Assembly (NCBI GenBank): GCA_973851085.1
Contig: OZ316775.1
Location: 7,006,001 to 7,070,000, forward strand
Reading direction: 5' to 3'
DNA: 64,000 bases
Source: Ptychomitrium polyphyllum
Lineage: Eukaryota
This document shows, piece after piece, positions 13,784-28,070 of this stretch; the first letter of the stretch is position 1, and each line of letters begins with the position of its first letter. The position numbers were made by a program, and so were the translations under genes. The notes under the pieces are model-generated. The model had not been told where the DNA came from, ran no database searches, and saw only the letters and a list, made by a program, of their open reading frames with translations.

Positions 13784-14065
13784 TGCACATCCGCCCCTAA
13801 ACCGCACCGAATTGCGAGACTTCGAACTCCATCTCCCGTATCCACGCAAGCATTGCCTTGGCTCTGCGAGAAGGAAACGGCAGGAGCATGCAGCCGGGCC
13901 GTCCCTTGTAGTCAGCCCCAAGCGGAACTACACCCGCGCATTCATCATTTCCCTCCCTCGTGTAAGCTTGCAACAGCAACACCGCGTGCTTGAAAAGCTT
14001 GTTCTCCAATCCAACCTCCTGCGTTCCGTCTCTCGTCAATCTCTATCTCGAGCTCCCTCCATATT

Positions 14066-14092
14066 TTTGAATCTGATCCCGCCCAACGGCCG
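14066..14092. promoter_or_regulatory. CHR-like (TTTGAA) plus MSA-like (CCCAACGGCC) cell-cycle elements upstream of separase
   Basis: TTTGAA at 14066-14071 and AACGG core at 14085-14089, ~360 nt upstream of the ATG. Both are short motifs, so function is inferred from the gene's mitotic role. Confidence 0.4.
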
Positions 14093-14276
14093 CCGCCCCA
14101 CAACGAATGATAGATGACTGATGGATGCTCCCGTCCTAATTTTCATCCACTCTCCAGGCAGGGCTCCACAGCCATTTCCTTTACTGCTGGGCGTGACTAA
14201 TCAACACCATCCCTGTTACCCACAACGTTTGTTGGCGCCCGAAACCCGAAACCTAGACGGTAAATAGATAACAGTG

Positions 14277-14344
14277 GGGTGGTTAGAGAGTCGGGTGGTT
14301 AGAGAGTCGGGTGGTTAGAGAGTCGGGTGGTTAGAGAGTCGGGT
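14277..14344. repeat. 16-bp perfect tandem repeat (gggtggttagagagtc) x4.25
   Basis: Identical copies at 14277, 14293, 14309 and 14325, plus a gggt partial. Confidence 0.95.
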
Positions 14345-15189
14345 TTCTGTATCTATACCATAATCGCATCGAATGGGAGTATGTATGCGTAGAGATTTTG
14401 CATACATTTGTATGTACGTCCGAATGTGAGGATCTGGCCACGGGGAACGTGGGCACATAAGTACAAACCTTCGATTCTAAACAGAATGGTTAACTCTATT
14501 CTAGTATAATAACAATAGTTATGTAGGGCTTATAATATCTATAATACATATAATACATCCACACATGAATTCATCATCATGTAATTAACAATATTGAATA
14601 ATACAACATAAATATAACAACATAAGAAATAAAGATCCTCAAAGAGATGTAAACAAATGTTCTCCTCCTAATCAAGGTATTTCTTCTTGTATCACACAAA
14701 AACTTACACAAGTGAGAGAAATAACTACTCTCTTAAAGCCTCTCTTATATACATTTATGAAGACCTTCATAACTTAATCTTTTAGATAAAGTCTTAAGTT
14801 ATCTAATGATATTTCTATGGTTTTCTACTTTAGAAATCATGCAATTGTTCTAAAATGGAAGACATAATCTTTCTTGTAAAGTATTTTGTTTGTTAAATGA
14901 TCATCTTCCTGATCGTGACCATTGATAAATAACAAGATACATGAGGTTGTAATTGTAAGCCGAGAAGATCTAAATGTTGAACAAAATAACCAATATCACT
15001 TTTAATACTTCTTCGCATTGTAGATCATTTTTTGGGACATTAATCCTCTTAAATTCGTATAGATCTATTCTTTGAATCTTTGTGTTCTGAATAAATGCAT
15101 TGTTTTTCCTCAAGAAACACAATTCTCATCTGAAGTGTTGTGGAAATGCCTTATCACCAAAGCCTAAGCCTCATGAAATCTATGCAGAC

Positions 15190-15197
15190 ATACATAT

Positions 15198-15241
<44 letters not shown>
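15190..15241. repeat. Compound (CA)n/(TA)n microsatellite
   Basis: catacatatacacacacacatatatata... run downstream of the HEATR6-like stop codon. Confidence 0.9.
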
Positions 15242-15243
<2 letters not shown>

Positions 15244-15498
15244 CTTTGTATTGAAACTTTTTGGCTCAAAGCGTGTCACTGAGATTCTCTTAGAATCTCT
15301 CGAACAATGTTGTAAAACAGCAAAATACAATGCAAGACAGTGATGTCGGGCACCTGGCATCCAACGATCCCTTAAAAGTGAAAGGTATAAACAAAGGTGT
15401 ATCAAGCCAAGGTCCAGAAACATGAATAACTTCACTGTGACGTGCTGGTTCAATTTTCAACACTCGTGTCACAGTTCAAATTTTCCCTTCAGGTACGA

Positions 15499-18400
15499 TT
15501 ACAGTAGTCTCTGGAAGTTCTGAGCGGTGGCAATGTTGCCACCATACATGTACATGGAGCTGAGGGCTTGCACTGCCCTCAGAGCATCAGCTAGCCTGGT
15601 GGAGAGCTTGCTGTCACCACCGCCAGAAAACTCCTGGCTCTCTATATGGCGGTAGCTTGCTTGATCCCTAGGAGGAGGTAAGGGCTTCTCATCATGTTCT
15701 ACTGTGGAAACTGCTTTACTAGATGTCCCAAACGCTGCCTCTTCCGATAGTTCGCCGCTATAGGATAAGCCCCTTCTTATGGAAAATAACACCGTAGAGA
15801 GCCATTTGTGTAAGAAACTCGCCCGCTGAAAAACACAACAGATATCCGCCATGTGTGAGCATATGCTAGAAAACAGCAAGCTACATAAAAATCACCATAG
15901 AGTGCCAGTGACACTGAGATAGGTTCCCATTTCCAGCAGAGACTCGGACATTGACATCCGCCAAGTCGGCAACGTTAAGTGGAATTCTAGCTTGTGGAAT
16001 GTACTCCTATAGAAATTGGTTTTATGACCCAATGTATTGCCAACTTCAACAAACTACAACAGAGTTATATACTGTACAAAAATTGTGTTCTGTTCAAATT
16101 TGGGCTTCACTCTAAGTTGGAAATTTAAAGAATTATTCTCAAGTCATTTTAACATCTGTAAATATGATACGTTGCTAATATGAAAATTAAGCCTTACCTT
16201 AATATGAAACACATATGGTTAGACCCTCACATTGACCAACAAGTGCTACAAACGTGCCACTCAATTTGTAGAAGACACTTTGCAGTAATAGTAATTTTAG
16301 ATCGACGTTACGTTGGGCCCCACACTAATGGGTGATTTTCGTATAAAAGAATATTACGATTACAGGAGTAAAAACTCTTGGAAACTTACGTGTCGAAGCT
16401 GGAAAATAGAGTCACGAAGTTGACTTACTTTAGGAAGCGTGTCTTTCAGAATGTCGAAGTCCTGCGGTTGTCCTAATGCGAGCACATGAATCGATGTACG
16501 GGTGATCTGCAACATATTTATAATCGTAACACACCAGAAACTAAATTACGGATGCTCTTCGGTTTCAATCCAATGCTGTAAAAAAACTCTTATAGCCAAG
16601 AGCAGCTTAAACTTGAATGGAGTAGGTTCTATAGAAATACTTTGAAAAATACCTGATCTGCAAGAGCAGCTTGATACTTCATTGATGTTGGTCCAGCCCC
16701 AGTGTCGTTTCCTAAAGAGTCTACTGATTGTACAAGAGTTTGCACCACATCTCGGAAGGCCAGTCCGTAGTCTGTAGAAGTACACACTTGTGGTTACCTA
16801 TACCATATTGTTGCAGGCAATAGAGTCAACGAGGAAATATCGCCGATTACAAGTAGATATACGGTAAACAAGTACGCGTAATCGTTAATCTTGTCGACGT
16901 TTCAAACCTCGTTTGAAGAGTTTTTTTATTTGCAATTCTCTGCTACATGATACACTTTAGACAGCATGACTGGTATACTAGAATCACAACAATTCTGCTA
17001 CTAGATCCTGATCTTATACATTTCAATCATATAAGTATGGAAACATGTCAGAGTCTAATGGATGCAACAAACCACTCAGAACAACAGTAGGTGTCGGTGT
17101 CTGTTACCTTCTCGTGATCTGGGAACAGCAAGAGCTGAAGCAGCATGCATACGTATCTTGAAGTTAGTCGAGCCTCGCAGCAGCAACAGGAGTATGCTGA
17201 AAACAGACAACGCCCTGCCGCAACAGAACATGATTACTGGAATATGGTCACATAAAACAAGTGGAACAAGCATATCCTTATGAAGCAGAATCTGGCAGAA
17301 GAAGAAAAAGAAGAGGATGCACGACACAGGAAACTAAAAGAATGACAACGATTAAAATAGGAGAGAAAAGAGAAAGGACATCCCTTTGCCAATTCTCAAT
17401 TTCATGGGCTATCAATAACGGTTGTAACATTTAAGCTCTAATGACTACGAGAACCACAAAATCAAGCATAAGTCGGATAAGAACGGTAGACCAAGAAGTT
17501 TACCACAGTGCAGACGACAGACAAATGCTTCGGTTTAAAAATAGGTTCCCAAGGGCATGGCAAACATTCCACTGCACCTGCAGGGGCATAAGAATCTCTA
17601 TCAGATGACACCCAAAGCATGCTTGCTAACGAACACCTCAATCAAAACAATCAGTCCATAAATGTGAATTCTTCTGAAATGTGTCATAACAGGAAAAAAG
17701 AGCAATTTCCGGTAGCACTGACCTTGACATTTCCTGTTGTTACGCATGACACAAAAGTTTGCACCATTGTGTCTAACCATTGGGAGGCAGAAGCTTGACT
17801 TGTGCGAGGATGAATAATATTTTTGTGTCCCATTCCCATTAAATCACTCCGGCCGGAAGATTCAGCACTAAAGTCCACAAATCTTGCGAGGTTACCAAGA
17901 GCCCTCACGACATTGGCACGTACCTATTTTCAGAGCAACAGCTACATTATATTAAATCGCAAACTGAAGCGGTCTATGTCCCACATATAACACCTAACTT
18001 ACAGTGACTTTCCGATTCGCTCAACGGGGATCGTGACCATTTGAATTTTGATCCAAAGAAGGTGGTCATCATATTCTTACCTTGTCGCCATCACTGGCAG
18101 CCTTGAAGGTGCATTCAGCCAAGGACGCCAGTGGCACATCCTCCAGCGGATAATCTGAAGATAACAAGGTCAGAAAGTACATAATTACTGAGAAAGATAC
18201 TAATCTGGTATAGAATATATAAATATACAAAAGGATTGATTCCAGAGAGAATATTTACACCAATGGTTCTCTCAATATCTTCAAAATTAATTTGCACAAA
18301 ACAGTGGGCTTACTAGCTTCCATTGCGTTATCTGTCTCCACAATGTTGCACAAGGCATCACACAGGTTTGCTACAGCCCAGGAAGCAGTAATCCGAACCT

Positions 18401-21400
18401 GCAAAAGTTTAAAATTCGTTAAAGTGGGTCTCTAAAAATAAAATACACTGTGCTTGGATAAGACAACTTAATCCCTCCTGCACGCAGTTAAGACTGTTCT
18501 TCAGACACTCCGCACCTCTATCAAATACCTCTGAACCCACATTAGCAATATGATTTGCCAAATCTGACATACTTGGATGGTTCTCGACATAAACGTTCAA
18601 ATGACGGTTGCCATTTCCAAAAAGAAGCCTAAAATTGAAAGGTGTAAATGATATAAGATCTAACATAACACCATAATCATAATACTCTTATATGCCTGAA
18701 TATACTAGGACATCATGTGCACAAGCTCGTACCGCAGCAGAATTATCTTCCATCCTTGACAAAAGAAGCGAAATTATCGGGATCACCTTCTCTTTGCTGC
18801 CAAGGGACCACGTAATCATTTTCGGCACATGTAACATGCTGTATTCCCATACTTTTGAATTCAGAGGGAATTAAAGAAGCTAACCAACACGGAGCTGGAA
18901 AAATATCTCCCCTCGTATTCCGTGTAAGAAGCTGAAAGCAAAAATCACCATATTTAAAAGGCGATCTATAAATATTTGAGCTCTTGTACCTCTTCGATAC
19001 TTGGGGAAATCCAACAATAACACCAACCGCGCGGCATGCTGCTGAACGCACTGTTGGTGTGTCATCATCTCGAGAAGCACGCATCTACACAAACATGTTT
19101 AATATCTGAAGGCAATCAGAACATCCAAAAATGATAATGACAGTGACTCGATATTTTCAAAACCATGTGTAGTGTTCCGCAATTTCGAAAACCAACAATA
19201 AAACGCTAGTACAACTGTTGTAGTGATCCGACACTCCCTGCAGAACAAACGAAGTTCGTACCACAGCAGTTATAATGAACTCTTGCTTCTGTACAGGTAG
19301 TGCAGTAAATACAGCTGGAGTCAATCCAGCAAAACACGTCAACGCTGCTCCTCGAACCTACAATATACAATAGACAAGAATTTAAAAAAATCAACAGAAA
19401 GGGAAGAAAGAGGGTGGAAAGGCAAGATTACGCACATCAAAGTGCACGAGTGGTAGCAGAGGTAACATACAAATGTCTCTTAGAAGGATGCTTGAACATA
19501 AAGGTAGGAATTTATGTCATTTCGATCTAGAAAATAGTATCCAGAACATGCACACAAGGCGCGTAACCCCCGCTTACCATAGGTGCATTATGAACCAGCA
19601 CTCCAGGCAGGAGACGATCCAAAGCTTGAAGCCACTGCGAGCATCCATCATCTATTTGTACAGACTCCCTGCTATTTGAAGGGAGAGTAAGGGATTTTAA
19701 TCCCACATGAATTGGTGCTGACTTAAGTAAGCTATCGTCATGCAACTCATCCGGCACTTCAAAGCCTGATAATACTCGAAGAGTTTCATCCAAAAGCTTC
19801 CAAAACAAACAGTCCCGAGTCAGAGCTAGAAGTTCGTTGATTTGATATACCAATGAACAGTTTTGGAATCACTAATAATCCTCTCCACAATACTATGTCA
19901 AACCTCAAGCAACACCATAAAGTTCTTCCAAACAAGAGGACTAAAAGTAAGCAGCACTACTTAGCACACCTTGATCGCACTCTGCACCAGTTTGTCATCA
20001 CATATTCGTGAAGGTTGAGCATACCCAGCAGACAGAACCCCCTTCACTGGACTTACTCGGGACGATTGTGCATTCTCCCAGCCTGTGTCTACCACCTCAG
20101 CCACGGTCCTATATATCTGGTCCCAAAAACTATGTACAACTATTGGATAGTTGTGTACTGCAGCCTTCAGTGCCTGCAAAAGACTCGAAGTAAGATAAGA
20201 CACCACTTGGCGGCTAATATATGTTACTGCCTCGTAAAATCAATGGCAACATCAATAAAAACCCCGTACACATGAACGAAATTAATGAAATCTCATTCTC
20301 AACCAACCTGAAATGCCTCAACTCGAACGACAGCAGGTGCGGGTGGTCGAGAGTAAGATGTCAAATCCATTAAGAAATTGTGCGGTGATACTGAGTCGCT
20401 CACCTCTGTATTGGTACATAGTGAATGATATGTAACAGAATCACAAATGTTAGAATTTCTAAATAACGCTACTTTGCGGTCAAACAGTTCACACTCCTGC
20501 AATCGACAGCTCAGGGCTATTCCTATCCTTACACCAAGCCTACGGTGTGGCAATGACATTACTTGACGTTTGTAATGCGGTTATTGACCCAATATTCACG
20601 CAGTGAACATACCTGCTACAAACATCACGACCAGTAGAATTTCAAGTTAGCCTACCATTGGGGTCTTTTGCAGTAAGAACAGAGATCATGCCACTGGATG
20701 CAGGAGTAGCGCTTAGAGCTGCGTTCAGACAAGTGACTGCTGCAGTCTGAAAAATACATCATACGTGTACATATGTTAAATAAGAGGCTCTTAATACAGA
20801 GGGTTTCACGAAATTCTTACTGCAGGAACTTAAGTATATTTCAATGCCACTTCGTTAAACGGAATGAGAACTTGCGATTAAGATCGAGAGAAGCGCATAT
20901 ACCATTATGTTGCTCTGATCTAATGACGAATTAAAAAACTCCTGTGTTTTCCTGGTTACAGAGAGAACAACATTCGGTAGCAGTTGCGAGGGAAGCCGAT
21001 TATACCTGTCCAGACACAATATTAGTAAAATTTGAAATGCGGATGCCGGGTCCAGAAGTGTTTAATTTCACTATTAAAAAATCAAAAATCAAAGTAATAC
21101 ATAAGCATACATAAAGTTAGAATACATCAAATATGACAGATGCTACTGAATATGTTAAGCATGATGGGATGTAGAATTGACTACAGTCAGGGCCTAATGG
21201 ACTGAATATATAGGCTAGATATGCTTACGGAGCTCCAGTCACTAGTAGAGACAAGGCCTTCAGGGCAGCAATTAATGTGCCACTATGCTTCTCATTTGTT
21301 ACAACGTGCACAAGACCTGCGGATCCGTCCATACAACAATTTTGAGTATGCAATCTTTTTCAGAGGAAGAGATACTTGATAATAGAGTAAGGCGTTATTA

Positions 21401-24400
21401 ATATCTCTTTTTGTGTATTCCCAAATCCATTCAGAGCAGTATTCAACTTCGTCATAATTGTCTGACAATGCTCAGACCAGAAAGCACAGTTTATTCCTAC
21501 CAAACATGCAAATCTAACCTCTCCCAGGAGCAATAACAGTGTATATGAAAGTACATAGGATCCACGTTACATCTTGGTTTCCACCAAATTGTCATATGTA
21601 CAATGTAAGTTTTAAAAGTACAAGAAATATATGAGGAACCAGACAAAAAGACTGAAGCCACGAGGATATACCAGTATGGAGCTGGATTACAATCTGACCC
21701 AAAGTGCCCGACAGCGTTGTAAATGGTGCCTTTTGCGGAAGTTGCCGATATTCTGCAACCTGAAGAAATGCACGCACTGGACCTTCGAGCATAACTGATA
21801 TTGTAGCAGCTGCTGCAACGCGAGCCTGCTCACCGCAAACCATCCACCACCATTAATACAATAACTACGAACGAAGGCATAGTATACGCAATCTCCATAA
21901 AGCCAAAGCCTCACATTAGTGGTACTGTCATTGGACTATTAAAACTTCAATAACCACATGACTTGTTTAGATCAAGAAAGCGCAGTAAACAGACCTTCAC
22001 AATAGGGTCAAACAACAGGGTTGTAAGCAGCGTAGCCTGGTAAGGTCTGTGTCACAACAGAACATCAGTCAACGTTATAGGAAACAAGCATCTAATATTC
22101 AGCTACTATGTGCATCCCAATAACATAATCTAAGTTAAAAGTTACAAGATCCGTTCTCTCAGGGTATTTATAAATCTCAAACGAATTCTGAAAAATTCAG
22201 AATGATGTACGAATTTAAATAAATTTCAAAATGAATGTGCATTACCGAGGCTGCAAGACATCATGTGTTGGAAAAAGTAAAGTCCAATGTGCGTGCAGGG
22301 ACTTTGGATCTGCCCTTGCTAGCACCTAAACAATTAGACAAATGTCATTGTTAGTATATTTAAACACCTGTAGAAAAACGCCAAAAACCTTGAACCTCTG
22401 AGACCTTTACGCACTTGTCGACTTCTAGCCTCAGAAAAGAAGAGAAGTCTACGATTTTTCATGTAAGAACTGACGAGTATATGTAGCATTACATCCTTTT
22501 GAGAGACTTCAAGCCTGAAAAGTTCAATCTTACAACACCTCCTACGCACTTAGAGTGACGATCATTCAATACAGGGAATCGACTGGCTGATGAAATTAGA
22601 AGATAACCAACGAACAAAACCGTCTCCAGAGCACATGCGAACAATAGAAAATGCTCACCAAAATAAGGACCATCACAAGAACAGTGGATTTCAATCAACA
22701 TACAAATCTTGCATTAAGTCGTAGTACCATGGAGAGGGGAAAAGAACACCTGAATAGTCGAGATAGCAGTTATTCGGCACCTGGAGCTCTTGTGGCGATC
22801 ATTGTCCGAAACAGAACCATCACTGTCGCTCTGGTCAGAATCAAATGAGAACTCCCTTGGACTGGAGTCGTTCAGCATGCCCGTTTTACCACTGCTAGTG
22901 GAAGCAGGAGACTTTATCTTGCCACGCAGATGTGGGGGACGGTAAGTGCTAGCCTCTTTCCATGAACGAGTTTCTGAAATCTGACCTTGGCTACTGCTTA
23001 ATCCATACAGGAAAAACATGCGCAAAAACCCAACGTAGGCTGCCACCTGCCCAAGAAGGAAATTCTCAATCTAGACGAAGCCTGGCGCCCGCATGCAATT
23101 TCCGATCAACTGACGGTGTTCATTTAAAACATAGTAAATACTCTACTGCACACTTTAATGAACAGCACATAGTAAGGAAAAGGATGACATACATGCTCCT
23201 CAAGAGAACCCTTTCGATCAGAGAGCACAATATGCACACACCGAAGAAAAGCTGAAAAGTACCTGTTCATGAGCACAAACTATTGATCAATCACAATCAT
23301 TACAGCAGTGAGCTTTATGACTATTGCATTGAGACAGACCTATACACTATGAAATACATAGAACTAGCAACTTGAAATAAGAAGCTCATGTCAACATATT
23401 AAGGTTTTTCAAACGTCAAACATACATACAATCATGTGCTTCAGCGGAATACAGCAGGTGCTAAAATAGTTAAACATATACTTATGATATTCATAGTCAA
23501 AAGCTACAATGTATAGAGACTTCAACCACATCTGAACTTTGTCTCTTCATAGGCACTTATTGAGTACAGATACCGACCTGGAAGCATCGGAGCCTTCCGT
23601 TAACGGGCCTTTAGAAGTAAAACGTTCGAGAACTGTCCGCAGTTCCTGATTTTCAATAGAAGAGCAAAGGACCTTAAGTATTGTGCCCTATTGCTACAAA
23701 TCCTAATTTTACTTCTAATTAAACAAAAAAGTGAAGTTTCCTTGAGCTGACAGAAATCTGGCCAACTGAAACTCGAACAACTATTGATAAGAAAAAGAGT
23801 ATGTGCTTTTTCCCACATGAAAATACGCTGATGAAGTATCCCCAAGTATTAGTTATATATTTTTAGAAAGAATATGTTTTCTGTCAGGATAAAATTGAAC
23901 ACCATAGCAATAACCCTATATTCTCAGGTAAATTTTCATTTTCGCATGTCAAGGGGCAACCCTTCTAGTAAAATCATGATGTTGTTTTTCTATTGCATCT
24001 ACAAAGAATACTAGACTTGGGACCTACACAGATAAACATACAACCAACAATGGTGAATGGCAGTAGAATTGGCCTTAACAACATACTGAATCAGTAAGCT
24101 CTAGATCGATCCAATCAGGCCTTAAGGTCTACTAACATGACATACCTGTATAGTGAACCTCCAAGTGTCATTGGATATGACTAGTCCCGCGCGTGAGAAC
24201 ACATTGCCTACCGCTAAAAACGCAAGCCTCTGGACTTCCATGTCGTCATCAACATTCCTAGACCAAGCTGCAATGTTTGATCTAGAACCTGAACCATTAT
24301 GCTGACCTCGCAATGCTGTTCCTGGGCGCGTTATCAAATCCAGGAGAAAAGAAGCAAGTAACGAGACCTCACCCACAGGCAGCTGGTCTCCGTTGTCATG

Positions 24401-25587
24401 CAATACTTGCCTGAGCACATCCCAAAATTATAACAATGATAAGGATGTCTACACCAGAGTCACAAATATGTTTGTTGAATAGTGTAGTCAAAAAGTGAAC
24501 ATTGCGCGCATCATGAGAAGTACAGTCCTTACGCACCCCAAAGCCGTTATAGCTTCAACTTTTGCCTTGCTGGCATCCGTTCCGCCTTCTCCCTCTAGGA
24601 CGATTACTGGCGTTGCTGATGTAACGACTCCTTGAAGAAAATTGACTAAAGCAAGAAGAGCATATGAACTGAATTCCAATTGCATTCGAAAACTGATCTC
24701 GTTTATCTGCAATCCGTGAATAGCGACCGACTTTTAAATCCAATCTACGCCGGAATGAATCAAGAGGACAGAAAATTACTAACACGGATGTAGCAGATCA
24801 AGGAAGATGTACAAGAATATTCCTGCTCTGCAAAGCTATAGCTTTGAGAATTTAGAAACATATTGCAGAACATTTGAAAGCAGAGAGTTTACCAAATTGC
24901 AGGTGAGGCGGCAAGTGCGAGCCGATTCAGCGCCAACCACCGGAAGCCATATCCCTGACACTGTTTGCACCAGCAAAGATATATCTCCTGCAACCTGAGG
25001 CAATCACAACGACGCTCATTAACGAATTAGGTCATCTCCCTCTCCAGCTTTCAGAGAACAAAAAGAATTGAACACGTCATACTTCTAGACGCAAGGACCA
25101 TGAATCGAATTCGCTGTCATCATGACCTAAATTATGTTAACAGGCTGATGATGCCACTTTCACTGCCAATAAAAAAAGGTATTTGCGCTTCAAGATTATC
25201 AATCTCAAGGTGGATATCGGGATCTCAGGTAGAAGACGTTTATACTAGAGTCGCAAACGAGCTTGCCCACTAACTTACTGCATTTTTGTATCAATACCCA
25301 AACGATAGATTTTCTCAACGCAATCTTCCAAACCTAACTCGTTTGCACTGGAATGGAAATGCTAGGCAGAAGCAAAAGACTCCAGAGCTAGAGAAACACC
25401 GTGTCGCGCAGAGATAGAAGGCGATTTACGGACGGAATACCTCACGAGGCGGAATCCGGGAGATAGACTGCAGTAAAGTGGGAGAATGAGAGAGCAAATG
25501 GGGCACCAGCGATGACGGTTCAACAGCAGCTCGCAACGAATCGAACACCCATCGCCATGCACAACTTGTTCGCTGCTGCTCCACCAT
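15499..25587 (-). CDS. HEATR6: HEAT repeat-containing protein 6-like (ARM/HEAT superfamily), >20 exons
   Basis: ATG at 25587 (MVEQQRTSCAWRWVFDSLR) followed by many GT-AG exons with family-typical segments: YFSAFLRCVHIVL, VAAYVGFLRMFFLYGL, SDSDGS..SSRCRITAI, ARVAAAATISVMLEG, FTTLSGTLG, VRSAACRAVG, VRITASWAVANLCD, NVVRALGNL, TGNVKVQWNVCHALGNLF, NFKIRMHAASALAVP. Last exon 15825-15499. Confidence 0.88.
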
Positions 25588-26623
25588 TGCAGCTGCTGTT
25601 CCTTGCTCCTCAGATTCCAACCCCTTCTTCCGTTCTCCCCCTTTTCGCCACCATTTCTTCACACCCTCTCTAAATCTTAAGTTTCCTCATAATTCCCTGA
25701 TCGTCTTCCGCCAACCATCTCCCACAACCGAACTGCAACCACACCACGAACCAATAAATGCAGCTTACGTGAACTCAATCATCACCCTGTAGCCCTAAAC
25801 TGGCCACCCGCAAACCAATCGACATTCAGAATCAATCCCGAAGCTACAGCTTGGTACAAGATTTCCACACTTCTCGAGGCACTGATCATACGAAATAGAT
25901 GAGTTATGCTTGCATCCTTTCATGCTTGTGCACCGAACTACCTAAATCATATTCTTCGCTGAAGAAATCCGAAAGGTTGGCTATACGTCACCAATCTGCA
26001 GACCAGCCTCACCTCCGTCTGAGAATCAACAAAACTATTGGTGACAAACGATGCCCAGTAAAGGAGGTTCTAGAAATGTTACACCTGGAATGCTACAGTA
26101 TCGCTCAATCCTGAATATGGTGACCCAAAATTTAACCTGGAGCATGTTTCCATGGATTTTCCTTCAGACCTAACCTACCGGTGCGTCATATGATATTGAG
26201 TCTAGACCCGTTTGTCACTCGATGTTCATTCAACATTTGACACACTGGATCTGCGTAGAACAATCTCAAAGCACAAGTGAACAAGGAAGCCGAAGTTTGT
26301 AAAGTTCATGACTGCCAGATTTGTACAGAACTGGTAGTCTGAGTAACCCCAGGGTGTGAGAGCCTGCAAAAATAGAGATGATACAAGGTTAACAAAAGAA
26401 GCTTCTAAAAATATCCCAGGCAGATAATTCTTCGGAGAGTTTCTGTCTGCTGCTACAAAAACGGATCAATTCAAGCAGAGGAATGGTTCAAGCACGGAGT
26501 TACATTCGCAGCCTTCAAATGGAGGCAAACAAATCCCATCGATAATCAAGTTCTGTAAATTGTAGCCAACGAAAGCGAGAGTACCTCCGAGTACAGTATT
26601 GCTATGGCGGACGTATACAGCAG

Positions 26624-28070
26624 ATGGTTGGCCTCGTGATAGCGCCAATGACGATGAAGAACGGTGCATGCCTCTCTTGTTCAACACACATACAGTTGCA
26701 TTCCTCCACATTGTGCATCTCTCCATTCTCGTCGCCTGTGTCCGCATTTCCGAGTGCACATCCGTCGATTGTTAGCGCTTCATGTCTTCACAACCTCTCC
26801 TCTAGCTTGGTGGGATGGAAGCGATCTATTAGGTCTGGTTCAGATTTGTGTGTTGAACTGAAGGGACGCGATCCGCAGGGGAAGTTTGTGAGTGCTTCCA
26901 GCGCGCGTGATCGAGATTGGCAGGAGTCGACTTTGCGGTGCCAGGCAATGGCGGATCCGAGCGCCATGGCAGCGCAGGAGTTTACATTCTCCAATAAGGA
27001 GGGGCTGAAGTTGAAGGGGTTGTTGGTGGACGGCGGTGCTGGGTCGAAGGAGGTCTGCATTCTGTGCCACGGCTTCCGGTCGTCGAAGCAGAGCGGCACG
27101 TTGAGCGCGTTGGCGACGGGGTTGGCGGAGGCGGGGGTGACCACCTTCCGGTTTGACTTCTCGGGCAATGGCGAAAGCGAGGGGAAATTCGCTTACGGAA
27201 ACTATTGGCAAGAGGTGGAGGATCTGCGCGCGGCGGTAGAGTTTCTGACTTCTAGAGGGTCCAGGGTTGTTTGTGTGGTTGGTCACAGCAAGGGTGGCAA
27301 CTGCGTGGTGTTGTATGCGTCCAAGTATCACGATGTGCCCTGCGTCATCAACATCAGTGGCCGCTTTGCCCTAGAGAAAGGTTAGTGCTTCGTCCATCGC
27401 CATATATCCTCTCGTGCATTTAGGATAATGTTGCGGATACCTCATGTTCAGCCAACGCTCAGCAGAACTATGTAGCGTTGCTTAGTGCATTCCATACTTT
27501 GATCTAGTCTCAGCCTGCACACAATGTTGCCCTGGTAAAACCACCTGCATGCACAAACGCTATGTCCTTCCAACTTGGCACCAATCACTTGAAGCATCTA
27601 GTTTTCTCTTCCATCTTACAATCATTTGGAGCCCTCCCGCTTTTGAATGAGCTCACAGCGCGCTGAACTTGTTGATTTTCCATGCAGGGATCTTGGAGAG
27701 ATTCGGAGGACAAGAAGGGCTGCGGAAGCTGGAGGACGAGGGGGTGCTGGACATCAAGGACGCGTCCGGGAACGTGCAGTACCAAGTGACTAAGGCAGAC
27801 TTGCGAGATAGGCTAACAACAAACATGCACGCAGCATGTTTAGCCATCCCTGAGCTGACTCGAGTGCTCACTATCCACGGGACTTACGACGAGGTCATAC
27901 CCGCAGACGACGCATACCAGTTCGCGCAACGCATCCCGACGCACAAGCTCGTCCTTGTGAAGGATGCCGACCACTGCTACCGCAGCCATCAAATCCAGCT
28001 GACGAAGCATATCCTGGAATTTCTGCAAGAAACTAGCGCTCTGCAAGAAACCGGTGCACTGCAATCCTAA
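26624..28070 (+). CDS. Alpha/beta-fold hydrolase (serine esterase/lipase family), 2 exons, with a possible N-terminal transit peptide
   Basis: Exons 26624-27380 and 27688-28070 (phase-1 GT-AG intron). Motifs: oxyanion CHGF, FRFDFSGNGESEG, nucleophile GHSKGG, acid HGTYDEVIP, His ADHCY. Ser-rich N-terminal extension. Alternative in-frame start at 26948 (MADPS). Confidence 0.9.

Noticed and set aside
13285..14117. Long alternative and antisense ORFs (155 aa, 240 aa) over separase exon 1
   Set aside because: By-products of the GC-rich, repetitive exon 1, with low complexity and no recognisable domain.
14580..15110. Possible solo LTR or Copia remnant (TATA-like and LTR-like texture)
   Set aside because: I could not define TG...CA termini with a target-site duplication, PBS or PPT.
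24421..24450. U12-type branch-point-like atccttatc in a HEATR6-like intron
   Set aside because: The intron is explained by ordinary GT-AG sites (donor ~24536, acceptor ~24411) and has no U12 5' splice consensus.
27843..27857. Partial resemblance to a miR390 target site (ccctgagct)
   Set aside because: The match is short, lies inside the hydrolase CDS, and has no second site or TAS3 features.
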